A stretch of DNA of 64,000 nucleotides from Candidatus Azambacteria bacterium (GCA_003455995.1 DMPO01000001.1:14945-78944); one strand, 5' to 3'. Positions 19,384-29,286 are shown, numbered from the stretch's first letter. The notes: a model not told the origin generated them from the letters alone. Program-made: numbers and translations.

Positions 19384-20010
19384 ATGTATCCGAAACCGAT
19401 AAAAGAATTTATAGACAATTTTTCCAAGTTGCCGGGAATCGGGCCGCGCCAGGCGGCGCGGCTGGCTTTTTGGATTTTAAACGGAGAAAAAAAAGTCCGA
19501 GATAATTTAAAAAAGGCGCTGGAAGGATTGGAGCATGATATAGATATTTGTTCTGTTTGTTTTTTTACCATGGAACATTCTCGGCACGGGGAAGATAAAT
19601 GTCATTTCTGCGACAACCCCGCCAGAGATCATAAAATGATTTGCGTTACTGAAAAAGAAACTGATTTGGCGACTATCGAAAAATCGGGAAATTACAAAGG
19701 ACTCTATCATGTTTTGGGCGGTTTGTTTTCCGCGCTGGATACGGCCATCCCCAAAAACCTGAAAATGCCGGAACTGATAAATCGGATAGAGAGCAAAAAA
19801 AACGGAGGTAAAAAAATTGAAGAAGTTATCTTGGCGCTTTCCTCCACTCACGAAGGCGATTTGACGGCGCATTATTTGGAGAGATTGTTGAAGCCGTTGA
19901 AAGTAAAAATTACCAGATTGGGGCGAGGATTGCCGTACGGCGCCGATGTGGAATTCGCCGACGCCAAAACGCTGTCCGGAGCGCTGGACGGCAGAAAAGA
20001 AACTAAATAG
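19384..20010 (+). CDS. recR: Recombination protein RecR
   Basis: LPGIG, C4 zinc finger, YHVLGG, Toprim domain. Confidence 0.95.
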   Translation: MYPKPIKEFIDNFSKLPGIGPRQAARLAFWILNGEKKVRDNLKKALEGLEHDIDICSVCFFTMEHSRHGEDKCHFCDNPARDHKMICVTEKETDLATIEKSGNYKGLYHVLGGLFSALDTAIPKNLKMPELINRIESKKNGGKKIEEVILALSSTHEGDLTAHYLERLLKPLKVKITRLGRGLPYGADVEFADAKTLSGALDGRKETK

Positions 20011-20308
20011 AAATAATTTCGACTTCCGTGAAATGTTGGCGATGGCCGGCTTTTTTCTTGTAGCGGGTCTTGTTGTGATAATGAAAAACAATGATTTTTC
20101 TGGAACGCCCCTGTTTTAAAACCTTAGCCGAGACACTTCCCCCTTCAATTAGCGGCGCCCCGATTTTCGTTTCTTTGTCGGCCACCAACAACACTTCATC
20201 AAAACTGAACTCACCGCCTTCCGCAGTATCGATTTTGCTGATTTTCAGCTTATCTCCCTCTTTAACCAGATATTGCTTGCCCCCGGTTTTAATTATCGCG
20301 AATTTCAT
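20003..20308 (-). CDS. rplU: 50S ribosomal protein L21
   Basis: IIKTGGKQY, GHRQ motifs. Confidence 0.97.
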   Translation of the reverse strand: MKFAIIKTGGKQYLVKEGDKLKISKIDTAEGGEFSFDEVLLVADKETKIGAPLIEGGSVSAKVLKQGRSRKIIVFHYHNKTRYKKKAGHRQHFTEVEIISI

Positions 20309-20357
20309 ATTATTTCGTTTAGGTAAGATACAATGATTGCCGACCGGCCGTCAAGAA

Positions 20358-20699
20358 TCACTTGTTTATCATATACAAGGCGATGCCGCCGATCACAAGA
20401 AAACACTGGACTATGAGCGTTACCGCCGTTAAAAAATATGATAAAAAACGATTTTTTTTCCAAATTTTAAGCGCCAGAAATCCGTTGACCGCCATGATAA
20501 TCACGCCGACCAGAGGCAGAATGAAAATGCTTTTTACTTCTCCTAGATAATCGACGCCCCAGTCCACATTATAGTGGAGTACGATGGGAATATTGTTTTG
20601 TTTTATGAAAAAATAAAAAAACAAAAACAGCCAGATTATGATGATGGAACTTGCGCCGAGCAATATTCGATTGATGGCGTCTCTCAAAAATTCTTTCAT
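20358..20699 (-). CDS. Hypothetical 3-TM membrane protein
   Basis: IVLHYN...GVD motif and hydrophobic helices. Confidence 0.65.
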   Translation of the reverse strand: MKEFLRDAINRILLGASSIIIIWLFLFFYFFIKQNNIPIVLHYNVDWGVDYLGEVKSIFILPLVGVIIMAVNGFLALKIWKKNRFLSYFLTAVTLIVQCFLVIGGIALYMINK

Positions 20700-20709
20700 G
20701 ATATTTTTA

Positions 20710-20784
20710 TACCGCCACCGGGATTCGAACCCGGGTTACCTGGATGAGAACCAGGCGTCCTGGACCGGACTAGACGATAGCGGC
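20710..20784 (-). tRNA. tRNA-Glu(CUC)
   Basis: GCCGCTATCGTCTAGTCCGGTCCAGGACGCCTGGTTCTCATCCAGG...GGTTCGAATCCCGGTGGCGGTA. Confidence 0.93.
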
Positions 20785-20826
20785 ACTCTTGATACTATAG
20801 ACCAAATCATGTCATTATTCAACATT

Positions 20827-21534
20827 ATGGATTCGCAAAAAACGATTATTTTTCTTCACGGCTGGGGCATGTCTTCCAAAATATTTCGGCCATTTTATCA
20901 TTATTTCAAAAATGATTTTATCGTCTATTTTTTGGATTTACCAGGTTTCGGCGATACCCCCATTGAGAGGCCAATGGTTTTGAATGACTATGCCGAATTC
21001 GTTTATAAATTTATTCAAGATAACAATATTGTAGATCCTATAATTGTCGGTCATTCTTTTGGCGGCGCGGTTGCCACAAAATTGGCGATTATTCACCCAG
21101 AAATTTTATCAAAATTAATTTTGGTCGATGCCAGTGCCATTCGACAACCGCACCACATCATTAAACTGGCAAAAAAATTGGCAGATTTATTAAAACCTCT
21201 CATGCCATTTGGATTGAGAAAGTGGATTTTGAAATTATTAAATCTTGATAAGACCGACTATGCGCAAATTGAAAGTGACGAACTTAGGACAACATTCAAA
21301 AAGGTCATACATGAAGACCTGTCCCAATATTTGCCATCAATAAAATCGCCAACACTTGTTATCTGGGGCGAAAATGATACCGCGACACCACTTAGTGAAG
21401 GAAGACTTATCGCCAATTTAATTCCAAATGCTAAACTTTCAGTTATAAAACACACCGGCCATTTTTTATTTTTGGAAAAACCATTAGAATTTGTAAATGA
21501 AATTAAAAAATTTATTGTATCTCCTACAGCTTGA
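20827..21534 (+). CDS. Alpha/beta hydrolase
   Basis: FLHGWG, DLPGFG, GHSFGG, WGEND, GHF; start moved downstream of tRNA-Glu. Confidence 0.9.
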   Translation: MDSQKTIIFLHGWGMSSKIFRPFYHYFKNDFIVYFLDLPGFGDTPIERPMVLNDYAEFVYKFIQDNNIVDPIIVGHSFGGAVATKLAIIHPEILSKLILVDASAIRQPHHIIKLAKKLADLLKPLMPFGLRKWILKLLNLDKTDYAQIESDELRTTFKKVIHEDLSQYLPSIKSPTLVIWGENDTATPLSEGRLIANLIPNAKLSVIKHTGHFLFLEKPLEFVNEIKKFIVSPTA

Positions 21535-22678
21535 AGAATACGATTTGGAACGTTTTGACGAATGGTTGAAACGCAATCCGGGGCGAGTTGTTTTGGAAAA
21601 AAAGAATCATATAAATTGGACTCCCAAAGCCCGCGCGATTTTTATATTGGCTAAAATATTCGGCATAAAAAACGCCGTTTATATTTTGTCGCCAATCGAT
21701 TCGTTATTGAAAAAACTGGTTGTTTCCAGGGCGCGCGCGAAAATAAAAAAGATGGCTGATTTGACGATAATCGGCGTTACCGGTTCCTACGGCAAGACAA
21801 CAACCAAAGACGCCATTTCGCATGTATTAATACATAAATACAACTTATTAAAAACCGAAGGAAACCGCAATACCCTTTTGGGCATAGCCAAGACCATTGT
21901 TAATGATTTGAAACCGGAACATAAAATTTTTGTTTGCGAAATGGCCGCGTATCGGCCGGGCGATATAAAAGAAATCTCCAAATTGATTAAGCCAAAAATC
22001 GGCATCGTTACCGCCATCGGTCCGATGCATTATGAAAGATTCGGTTCGATGGAAAATATTTTGAAAACAAAATTGGAACTGATTGAATCATTGCCAGATA
22101 ACGGTATTGGTTTTTTGCCGAAAGAAATTGAGCCGCAAATAAAACAAAAAAAAATTGGCGCTAAAACAGAATTTTTTTCTTCAAAAGAAGCATTATTGGT
22201 GAAAATCGGAAAACTATTTGAATTGTCCGAAAATGAAATTTTGGGACGCTTGAAAACCATGCCTCCGATATCGCGCCGCCAAGAAATGATAAAGACCTCC
22301 GGCGATATCACCATCATTGACGACTCATATAATTCCAATCCTATGGGATTTTTATCGGCCTTGGCAGCATTGAAAAATATGGCCGTTCAAAGGAGAATTT
22401 TGGTTACCCCGGGAATGATTGAACTCGGCGAAAAGCAATTTGAGTTGAATAAAAACGCCGCCATTGCGGCGGCGCAGGTCGCCGACTATGTAATCATAGT
22501 CGGCGAAATCAATAAATCCGCTTTGGAAGATGGTTTGAAAGAAGAATGGAAAGATAATTTCGACAAAAAGGTCTTTTGGGCGCCAGATCTGGATTCGGCC
22601 AAGAAAAAACTATCCGAAATCACCATCCCCCATTCCGCGATTCTTCTGGAAAACGACCTCCCCGATCATTATTTTTAA
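21497..22678 (+). CDS. murF: UDP-MurNAc-tripeptide--D-Ala-D-Ala ligase (MurF-like)
   Basis: GVTGSYGKTTTK, IIDDSYNSNP, PGMIELG, LLENDLPD. Confidence 0.88.
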   Translation: MKLKNLLYLLQLEEYDLERFDEWLKRNPGRVVLEKKNHINWTPKARAIFILAKIFGIKNAVYILSPIDSLLKKLVVSRARAKIKKMADLTIIGVTGSYGKTTTKDAISHVLIHKYNLLKTEGNRNTLLGIAKTIVNDLKPEHKIFVCEMAAYRPGDIKEISKLIKPKIGIVTAIGPMHYERFGSMENILKTKLELIESLPDNGIGFLPKEIEPQIKQKKIGAKTEFFSSKEALLVKIGKLFELSENEILGRLKTMPPISRRQEMIKTSGDITIIDDSYNSNPMGFLSALAALKNMAVQRRILVTPGMIELGEKQFELNKNAAIAAAQVADYVIIVGEINKSALEDGLKEEWKDNFDKKVFWAPDLDSAKKKLSEITIPHSAILLENDLPDHYF

Positions 22679-22681
22679 CTC

Positions 22682-22709
22682 TTGACAAATTCTATGAATT
22701 TGGTAAAAT
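22682..22709 (+). promoter_or_regulatory. Sigma70-type promoter
   Basis: TTGACA-16nt-TAAAAT with extended -10 TG. Confidence 0.7.
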
Positions 22710-22715
22710 AGTCAC

Positions 22716-22850
22716 ATAAATGGCTCCTGTGGACACAGATGAGTGCAATGGATAGCAGAACGGTTCGAAAGAACCGGAGACCCCCGTCCGATTCGGGGTC
22801 TGTGTCCCTTGAGCCAAATATAACCTCCCAAAGCATTGGGAGTTTTATTT
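22716..22850 (+). ncRNA. tRNA-like ncRNA candidate lacking a canonical anticodon loop
   Basis: 9-bp acceptor-like stem, D-like arm, CGGUUC-GAAA-GAACCG arm, T-like arm CCCCG-UCCGAUU-CGGGG, outer UGGCUC/GAGCCA stem, then terminator. Confidence 0.65.
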
Positions 22851-22852
22851 TT
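22825..22852 (+). terminator. Intrinsic terminator
   Basis: CTCCCAA-AGCA-TTGGGAG followed by TTTTATTTTT. Confidence 0.7.
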
Positions 22853-24014
22853 ACTTTTCACTTTCTTTACTGGCTTCAGAAATCAAATCAGAATCGTAAC
22901 TAAATATCAGTTTTTTCCGTTCTTTATGGCGTTCAAAGCCAAGATTTATCAGCCGATCAATTAATTCATCTATATCCAATCCGCTTTTTTCCCAAAGATA
23001 GAAAGACAAGGAGCCAGGCAAAGTGTTTATTTCATTTATCCAAACATCACCGCTTTGCTCGCTGACTATAAAATCAATTCTGGCAACACCGGAAGCGTCA
23101 ACTGATCTAAAGGCGGTTTTTGCCATTTCTTGAATTCTCCTGGCTAATTTTTCACTGATGGGCGCCGGCACCAAGCGTGAAAGTCCGGCCATACCTTTCA
23201 TTTTCCCACCCTTCATATACTTGTCTTCATAGGAAAGCATTTGTTCACTACCTAATGGCTGTTCGCAAACCGACGCGATCAATTCGCTATTCCCTAAAAC
23301 GGAACAATTAATTTCGATAATATTCTCTTTTCCTTCTTCAATGATAATCCGCCGATCAAACTGGGAAGCGATATTAATTGCCCCTTCTAATTCTTTAACG
23401 CCACTAGCCTTGTTAATGGCGACACTGCTTCCCAGGTTCGCTGGCTTAACAAATACTGGATAACTTAATTCTTTTTCTATATTTTTAATAATATCAATTT
23501 TATTATCTTCCCATTCGCTTTTTAAAAACCAAACATATTTTACAGTTGGCAATCCGACCTCTTTAAACACAGATTTTTGAATAATTTTATCCATCCCCAC
23601 GGCCGAGCCCGTAACACCGCTTCCCGTGTAAGCAGCATCAGCCATTTCAAAAAGACCTTGCAAAGTTCCGTCTTCTCCAAAAGTGCCATGAATCGCCGTA
23701 AAATATATGTCGGCTGAAATTTTATTCAGAAATTTAAACGCAGATTTCGGCGCCAGCGCTTTAACACTCGGCGAGACATTAAAAATATATTCCGGCGCTT
23801 TAATGTCAGTAAGTTTTAAATTCTTATAGCTTTCCAATTTTTCCAATTTCTTATCAACAAACCATCTGCCGGTTTTATCTATATAAATCGGAATAACTTC
23901 GTATTTGTCGCGATCGATATTTTTGAAAACCTGCATTGCCGTCATAATGGAGACCTCATGCTCCACCGAACGGCTTCCAAAAACCACCGCTACTTTTGTT
24001 TTATCGTTTCTCAT
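22851..24014 (-). CDS. ddl: D-alanine--D-alanine ligase
   Basis: SVEHEVS, HGTFGEDG, VKPANLGSS, NEINTLPG. Confidence 0.95.
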   Translation of the reverse strand: MRNDKTKVAVVFGSRSVEHEVSIMTAMQVFKNIDRDKYEVIPIYIDKTGRWFVDKKLEKLESYKNLKLTDIKAPEYIFNVSPSVKALAPKSAFKFLNKISADIYFTAIHGTFGEDGTLQGLFEMADAAYTGSGVTGSAVGMDKIIQKSVFKEVGLPTVKYVWFLKSEWEDNKIDIIKNIEKELSYPVFVKPANLGSSVAINKASGVKELEGAINIASQFDRRIIIEEGKENIIEINCSVLGNSELIASVCEQPLGSEQMLSYEDKYMKGGKMKGMAGLSRLVPAPISEKLARRIQEMAKTAFRSVDASGVARIDFIVSEQSGDVWINEINTLPGSLSFYLWEKSGLDIDELIDRLINLGFERHKERKKLIFSYDSDLISEASKESEK

Positions 24015-24016
24015 GC

Positions 24017-25657
24017 TTAAAGAGTAGGTTTATCCGGAGGAATTTGCAAATAATTGAATAAAAAATGAAACAGGTCCTTAGCCGCCGGCACCACCGTGCT
24101 TTCGGCGAATCTTATTCCTTGAGGACGATCCAATTTAATCAGGGCGATGAATTTTGGATTATAAGCCGGAGCGAAAGCCACAAAGGTGTGAATATATTCA
24201 TCAAGATAACCGCCGTTTTTTAAATCCGGTATTTGGGCCGTGCCGGTTTTCCCGGCAATGGTATACCCGGATACTTGCGCCCGCCGTCCGCTGCCATTTT
24301 CCACGACCTTAATGAGCATATCGATCAATTTTACCGATGTTTCAGAGGAGATGACTTGTTTTGATTGTTTGTTTTTCATTTCGCCGGTCTCGTTGCCATG
24401 GGAAATTATTTTGGCAACCAAACGCGGCTGAATTAATTTGCCTCCATTGGCTATTACCGACAAGGAACGAATTAATTCCATAGGCGTTACGGCAACCCCT
24501 TGGCCAAACGCAGCGGTGGCATAATTAACATCGCGGCCGCTCAAAAGCTGTGAAAGATCTCCGCTCATTTCCGGAATATCAATGCCGGTTTTGCTGTCAA
24601 CGCCAAAATTTTTCAGATATTTCAAAAATATATCCTTGGGCACTTTTTGCTGGACGAAAACCGCTCCGGTGTTTAAAGATTGCTCCAGAACCGTGGTCAT
24701 GGTCTGCCAGCCCAAAATTTTATCCGATAACGCGTTAGAAATGGTTCTATCGGCGACCTGAACGCTACCAGTGTTATAGTATTTGGTTTCCGGCGTCACG
24801 GCGCCCGTCTCAATGCCAATAGCCATAGTGATTGGCTTGAAAACCGATCCCGGTTCATAGCGCTTCAGGGTTGCCGGATTAATAAACAAATTTTTGTCAG
24901 AAACGGCGGAATAATTATTGGCATCAAAACTTGGCGAAGAAGCCATTGCCAAAATATTGCCGTTTTTTGGATCCATTACGATAATGGAACCCTCGCTTGC
25001 CCGCCATGTTTCAACCGCCTTGGAAATCAACGATCCGGCTTGCGCCTGAATCGCCGAATCAATGGTTAGAACCAAGTCCGAACTGGAAATAAAACCGGAA
25101 AGATTGTCGTTATAATATTCTTCCAACCCATATTGGCCGGTTTGCCCGTTTTTATCGAACCCCAAAAACCCAATAACCTGTGAAAGATGCAGCCCCTCAG
25201 GATAATATCTTAGGGTCTCGCTACCCACCTCAATACCGGGTTCATTCAGCGCTTTTATCGCGTCAACGATTTCGTCGGAAACTTTCTTCTTCAAAATCTC
25301 ATGCGGATCGTTCGGTTTTGATAATTTTTTCATCAGAGAGGCCTCGTCAAGTTCTAAAATAGGCGCTAATTTTTTGGCCAAGGTCATTGGATCGGTGATT
25401 TTTTGAGGGATGGCATAGATTAAAGAAAATTCCTTATTTAAAGCCGCCGCGTAGGGCGCATTGTCTTTATCCGTTAAAAAAATACTGCCACGAGGAACCG
25501 CGCTATTATTGTTATCGCTTATATTTTTAGCCCTGGCCAAATAATAATCGTGGCGAAAAATTGATAAATAAAAAAAACGCCCCCAAACCAGAAGAGTTAA
25601 TAAAATAAAAAAGAATATCAAAAATAAAATTCTATTTTCAGAATTGTATTTCGGCAT
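24017..25657 (-). CDS. ftsI: Class B penicillin-binding protein (FtsI-like)
   Basis: PRG.I, RYYP, EPGSVFK, SLN, GKTGTAQ; in mraZ-rsmH cluster. Confidence 0.9.
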   Translation of the reverse strand: MPKYNSENRILFLIFFFILLTLLVWGRFFYLSIFRHDYYLARAKNISDNNNSAVPRGSIFLTDKDNAPYAAALNKEFSLIYAIPQKITDPMTLAKKLAPILELDEASLMKKLSKPNDPHEILKKKVSDEIVDAIKALNEPGIEVGSETLRYYPEGLHLSQVIGFLGFDKNGQTGQYGLEEYYNDNLSGFISSSDLVLTIDSAIQAQAGSLISKAVETWRASEGSIIVMDPKNGNILAMASSPSFDANNYSAVSDKNLFINPATLKRYEPGSVFKPITMAIGIETGAVTPETKYYNTGSVQVADRTISNALSDKILGWQTMTTVLEQSLNTGAVFVQQKVPKDIFLKYLKNFGVDSKTGIDIPEMSGDLSQLLSGRDVNYATAAFGQGVAVTPMELIRSLSVIANGGKLIQPRLVAKIISHGNETGEMKNKQSKQVISSETSVKLIDMLIKVVENGSGRRAQVSGYTIAGKTGTAQIPDLKNGGYLDEYIHTFVAFAPAYNPKFIALIKLDRPQGIRFAESTVVPAAKDLFHFLFNYLQIPPDKPTL

Positions 25658-25659
25658 AT

Positions 25660-25980
25660 TTATTGATTCTTGGCGACCGAACCGGATATTTTGATATATT
25701 GAACTTGATCATTGGGAACAAGATTTAAATCTTGAATCGCCTGCTGGAGAAAGCCGATGCTGCGCTTGCCGGAAAGTTCCAAATTGAGAGTTCTTATTTC
25801 AATTTTTAAATTTTCAATATTTTTGTGCAATATATTTTTTCTATAATTCGCCATAATCACGCTGTTCACAATAAACAAGTAGGCGATTGTCAACCCGACA
25901 ACGGCGAAAATAAAAACTGTGTTTAAAGTTTCTATTTTGATGGTTTTTAACATATCTATTTTTATTGCGATACTTGTCAT
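25660..25980 (-). CDS. FtsL-like bitopic coiled-coil protein
   Basis: Single TM plus coiled coil, located between rsmH and ftsI. Confidence 0.6.
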   Translation of the reverse strand: MTSIAIKIDMLKTIKIETLNTVFIFAVVGLTIAYLFIVNSVIMANYRKNILHKNIENLKIEIRTLNLELSGKRSIGFLQQAIQDLNLVPNDQVQYIKISGSVAKNQ

Positions 25981-26852
25981 ATTTTTTCTATTACTCTTAA
26001 TTTCGCGCTTCGACTTTTAGGATTAATATTAATTTCTTCATCAAAAGCCATGATTGGTTTTTTATTTAAAATTTTGATGATGTTTTTCCGATGCAAATCT
26101 CGCGACCAATTTTTTATTAAACGATCTTCCAGCGAGTGAAAAGAAATGAAGGCGGCTTTTCCTCCTTTTGCCAAAACTTTCAAAATGTCGGCTAATGTTC
26201 TTTCTATTTCCGCCAACTCCTGATTGACTTCAATTCTTAAGGCCTGGAAAATAAGAGTGGCAGGATGCAGTTTGCCATGACGTCTGGATACTTTTTCTAT
26301 TATCTCCACCAGTTCTTTCGTTGTTTTTATTCTTTTCATTCTTCTGGCGGCCGCTATGGTCTTGGCGATTTTCTTGGCCTTTGTTTCTTCTCCGTACTTT
26401 TTAAAAATGTCTGCCAGCCGCGTTTCGGAATAATCATTCACGACATCTTCGGCCGTTAGCGGATTGTTGGAATCAAAACGCATATCAAGAATTTCATCTT
26501 TTTGAAATGAAAATCCCCTTCCGGAATTTTCCAGCTGGCTGGTGGACATCCCGAAATCAAAAAGAATTCCGCCAATATTGTTAATTCCGTTTTCTTCCGC
26601 AATCTTTAAAATATTTCCGAAAGAATCGTTTGTAAAAAGAACTCTATTCCCGAAATCCCTCAAATTACTCTTGGCTCGAATTATTGATTCAATATCTCTG
26701 TCAATCGCGATTAATTTTCCATTAGGCGCCGTTTTTTCCAATATCGCCTTGGCGTGACCGCCATCGCCTACCGTGGCGTCAATGAAATTCTGATTCGGCT
26801 GCGGATTAAAATACTCCAACACCGCATTTAAAAGAACTGGAATATGCGCCAT
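25977..26852 (-). CDS. rsmH: 16S rRNA m4C1402 methyltransferase
   Basis: HIPVLL, DATVGDGGH, RGFSF, FQALRIEVN, ISFHSLEDR. Confidence 0.97.
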   Translation of the reverse strand: MAHIPVLLNAVLEYFNPQPNQNFIDATVGDGGHAKAILEKTAPNGKLIAIDRDIESIIRAKSNLRDFGNRVLFTNDSFGNILKIAEENGINNIGGILFDFGMSTSQLENSGRGFSFQKDEILDMRFDSNNPLTAEDVVNDYSETRLADIFKKYGEETKAKKIAKTIAAARRMKRIKTTKELVEIIEKVSRRHGKLHPATLIFQALRIEVNQELAEIERTLADILKVLAKGGKAAFISFHSLEDRLIKNWSRDLHRKNIIKILNKKPIMAFDEEININPKSRSAKLRVIEKI

Positions 26853-26854
26853 AT

Positions 26855-27286
26855 TTATATGCCAAACTCGCTTAGCCCTTCCGCGATATCACCGGATAAT
26901 TTTTCCGATTCGGCAATATATTTGTTCCAGACATTCTCGCCCCAAACTTCAATGCGATCCTGAACGCCGATAATCACGATTGATTTTTCAAGCTTGGCGT
27001 ATTTTTTAAGAGAATCGGAAATTAAAATGCGCCCCACTTCGTCAATTTCAATTTCAATCGCACCAGAAAGCATAAATCTCTTGAAGTCCCTGGCTTTTTT
27101 ATAACCCAGCGGTAAATTATTCATTTTTTCCGAAAAGAGCTGCCAATCACGGTTTGGATAGACGAACAAACAGCCGTCTAATCCCCTTGTCAAAACCGGC
27201 TTTTCGCCCAATTCCATTCTTAACTTAGCCGGAATCGTCAGTCGGTTTTTGGAATCCAGATTGTGTTTAAATTCGCCTAATAGCAT
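26855..27286 (-). CDS. mraZ: Transcriptional regulator MraZ
   Basis: DSKNR and DEVGR repeats. Confidence 0.97.
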   Translation of the reverse strand: MLLGEFKHNLDSKNRLTIPAKLRMELGEKPVLTRGLDGCLFVYPNRDWQLFSEKMNNLPLGYKKARDFKRFMLSGAIEIEIDEVGRILISDSLKKYAKLEKSIVIIGVQDRIEVWGENVWNKYIAESEKLSGDIAEGLSEFGI

Positions 27287-27289
27287 ATG

Positions 27290-27345
27290 GTTATCCCCTG
27301 TTTAGCATACTTATCCACAAAGTTACCCACAATCTCCCACCGACA
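27290..27345 (-). promoter_or_regulatory. Putative MraZ-binding GTGG repeats
   Basis: Three roughly 10-bp-spaced CCAC (GTGG on minus) motifs directly upstream of mraZ. Confidence 0.55.
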
Positions 27346-27407
27346 GATTTATATTAATACAAATTAAAAAGGCCTGCAATAGGCTTCGTTGTGGATAAGT
27401 CAGGTTT

Positions 27408-27479
27408 TGGGCATTGCTGGAATCGGACCAGCGGCCTTTCCGATGTGAACGGAACGCTCTGCCACTGAGCTAAATGCCC
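27408..27479 (-). tRNA. tRNA-Val(CAC)
   Basis: GGGCATTTAGCTCAGTGGCAGAGCGTTCCGTTCACATCGGAA...GGTCCGATTCCAGCAATGCCCA; T-loop variant UCCGAUU. Confidence 0.88.
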
Positions 27480-28066
27480 TATATTTTCAATTTATCTACG
27501 AGTTTTTCGTGTTTGAAATCCAAAAGATCGCGAAGGAAGCGATCGTACATGCCGTAGCGATAGTAAAATTCTTTGGTTGTCATCAGCGCGTATTTTATTT
27601 CCTTGCCAACCTCCGCTTCCAAATCCTTGATAAAATTATTGAACTTGGCCGGTTTTACATTATCGCCGACAATCAGAAGGTCGGCGCGAGAAGTGTCGGA
27701 ATTTATGAACACCCCCGCCAGCAATGCCAGTTTGATTCTCCCCAAACTTTTAATGCGGTTCAGCATTTTATTTTTTGAAGCCGGACTGGTCTTTGCCAGT
27801 AATTCTTTGAGTTCTTCGTAAAATTCAAATCCCCTGTTGGCTCTAAAGGTTTTTTTGCCCTTTGAACCTTTTCGGATTAAAAATCCGATGTTCGCCAAAT
27901 CGTCGAGATTTCTATTAACTTGAACTAATTTGAAATCAATTTTTTTTGAAATGTCCTGCGGTCCAAAACTTTCGTCCGGATTGTACAAAAACAGTTTCAA
28001 AATCCGCACTCGCACGGGCGAATCGAATAGCGCATCTAAAGTTGATTCGGATAATATCTTGGCCAT
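27479..28066 (-). CDS. wHTH plus nucleotidyltransferase-like protein
   Basis: LF.S..RV.IL..F wHTH start; AG.F...ADLLIVG. Confidence 0.7.
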   Translation of the reverse strand: MAKILSESTLDALFDSPVRVRILKLFLYNPDESFGPQDISKKIDFKLVQVNRNLDDLANIGFLIRKGSKGKKTFRANRGFEFYEELKELLAKTSPASKNKMLNRIKSLGRIKLALLAGVFINSDTSRADLLIVGDNVKPAKFNNFIKDLEAEVGKEIKYALMTTKEFYYRYGMYDRFLRDLLDFKHEKLVDKLKI

Positions 28067-28086
28067 CGGGCGTTTTGATTAGTTTT

Positions 28087-28467
28087 CTATTTCAATTCCA
28101 CCGCGGCGCCCGCTCCTTCCAATTTCTTCTTGAGTTCTTCGGCCTCGGCTTTGTTAACCCCGCTCTTGATAACTTGCGGAGCGGAATCAACAAGCTGTTT
28201 TGCCTCTTGAAGACCCTTATCGGTCGCTTCGCGAACTATCTTGATGACCGCGATCTTCTGGTCGCCGGCGCCGGCTAAAACGACATCAAAGGCCGATTTT
28301 TCTTCCACCGCCGCCACGAGCTCGCCCGCTCCGGCCGCCGGCATCGCCATCATCGGCGCCGATGCCGAAACCCCAAATTTTTCTTCCAGCGCCTTTACCA
28401 GTTCGGAAAGTTCCAGCGCCGTCAATTTTTCTATTTCTTCTATGATCTTGTTAAATTTATCACTCAT
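28087..28467 (-). CDS. rplL: 50S ribosomal protein L7/L12
   Basis: [23 protein letters not shown] motifs. Confidence 0.98.
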   Translation of the reverse strand: MSDKFNKIIEEIEKLTALELSELVKALEEKFGVSASAPMMAMPAAGAGELVAAVEEKSAFDVVLAGAGDQKIAVIKIVREATDKGLQEAKQLVDSAPQVIKSGVNKAEAEELKKKLEGAGAAVELK

Positions 28468-28494
28468 ATTTTTATTTTTTTATTTATTATTTTA

Positions 28495-29016
28495 TTATTT
28501 TTTCGACCTTATATTATTTAGTATGCCAACTAAATTGCGCATATTGCCCGATAACACGGTAACCAAACCGGAAAGCGGAGCGGCAATGGTTCCGACCACT
28601 TGCCCCAAAAGAATTTCGCGAGAAGGAAGTTTTGCCAAAGCGATAATTCCATCTTTGCCCTGCCAAGTTAATCCGAGAAAGCCGCCTAAAATTTTAAGCG
28701 CATCATTGATCTTGGAAAATTTCCAAATGGAATTCGCCACGGGCGCCGGATCGTCATAACCGAATACCACCCCGACCTGTGTCTTAAAATCATCAATTTT
28801 GGCGTCTTCAAACTTTCCGAATCTTAAAACGCGGTTAATCAGGGTTTTCTTGGCGACTTTATATTCGGCGTTCATCGCTTTCAGGGCTCGCCTTAATTCC
28901 ATCGCCTTGCTGACCGGCAATTTGTTGAAATCCACCAAAAACGCCGCTTTGGCCCGGCTGAATTTATCGGTTAAATCGTTTAAAATATTTGATTTTTGCT
29001 CTCGCGTTAATGGCAT
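28495..29016 (-). CDS. rplJ: 50S ribosomal protein L10
   Basis: VAKKTL, LAKLPSRE; upstream of rplL. Confidence 0.96.
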   Translation of the reverse strand: MPLTREQKSNILNDLTDKFSRAKAAFLVDFNKLPVSKAMELRRALKAMNAEYKVAKKTLINRVLRFGKFEDAKIDDFKTQVGVVFGYDDPAPVANSIWKFSKINDALKILGGFLGLTWQGKDGIIALAKLPSREILLGQVVGTIAAPLSGLVTVLSGNMRNLVGILNNIRSKK

Positions 29017-29019
29017 ATA

Positions 29020-29135
29020 TTTAAAATTTTCAATTATTAATTTTCAATTTTCAATAAATGTTTCAATTTTTGAACATTAATACATTAAAAAATTCATTAT
29101 AAATTAGAAATTTGAAATTTGAAATTAAAAATTGC
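29020..29135. repeat. AT-rich heptamer array in inverted arrangement
   Basis: AATTTTC/AATTTTT tandem units followed by GAAATTT units; similar to 12720-12860. Confidence 0.65.
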
Positions 29136-29247
29136 GAACTAATGTTCGCAAACAACAGAGCTAAAAGCTTTTGTTCTCGGAGAGACTTACCGCGCCCTTC
29201 GTAGCTTTAGCGAAGAAGGGTATCTTGCTCTCTGTCTGCGAACATTC
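29135..29247 (-). promoter_or_regulatory. Probable ribosomal protein L10 leader RNA
   Basis: Minus strand GUUCGCAGACAGAGAG...UAAGUCUCUCCGAGAAC upstream of rplJ resembles the L10 leader pattern. Confidence 0.55.
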
Positions 29248-29286
29248 TCACTCTATCAAAAATAAAAAGGGGCGTCAAGCCCCTGT

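Noticed and set aside
20638-20826. N-terminal extension of the alpha/beta hydrolase ORF
   Set aside because: It runs antisense through tRNA-Glu and the neighbouring gene; the hydrolase fold starts at MDSQK.
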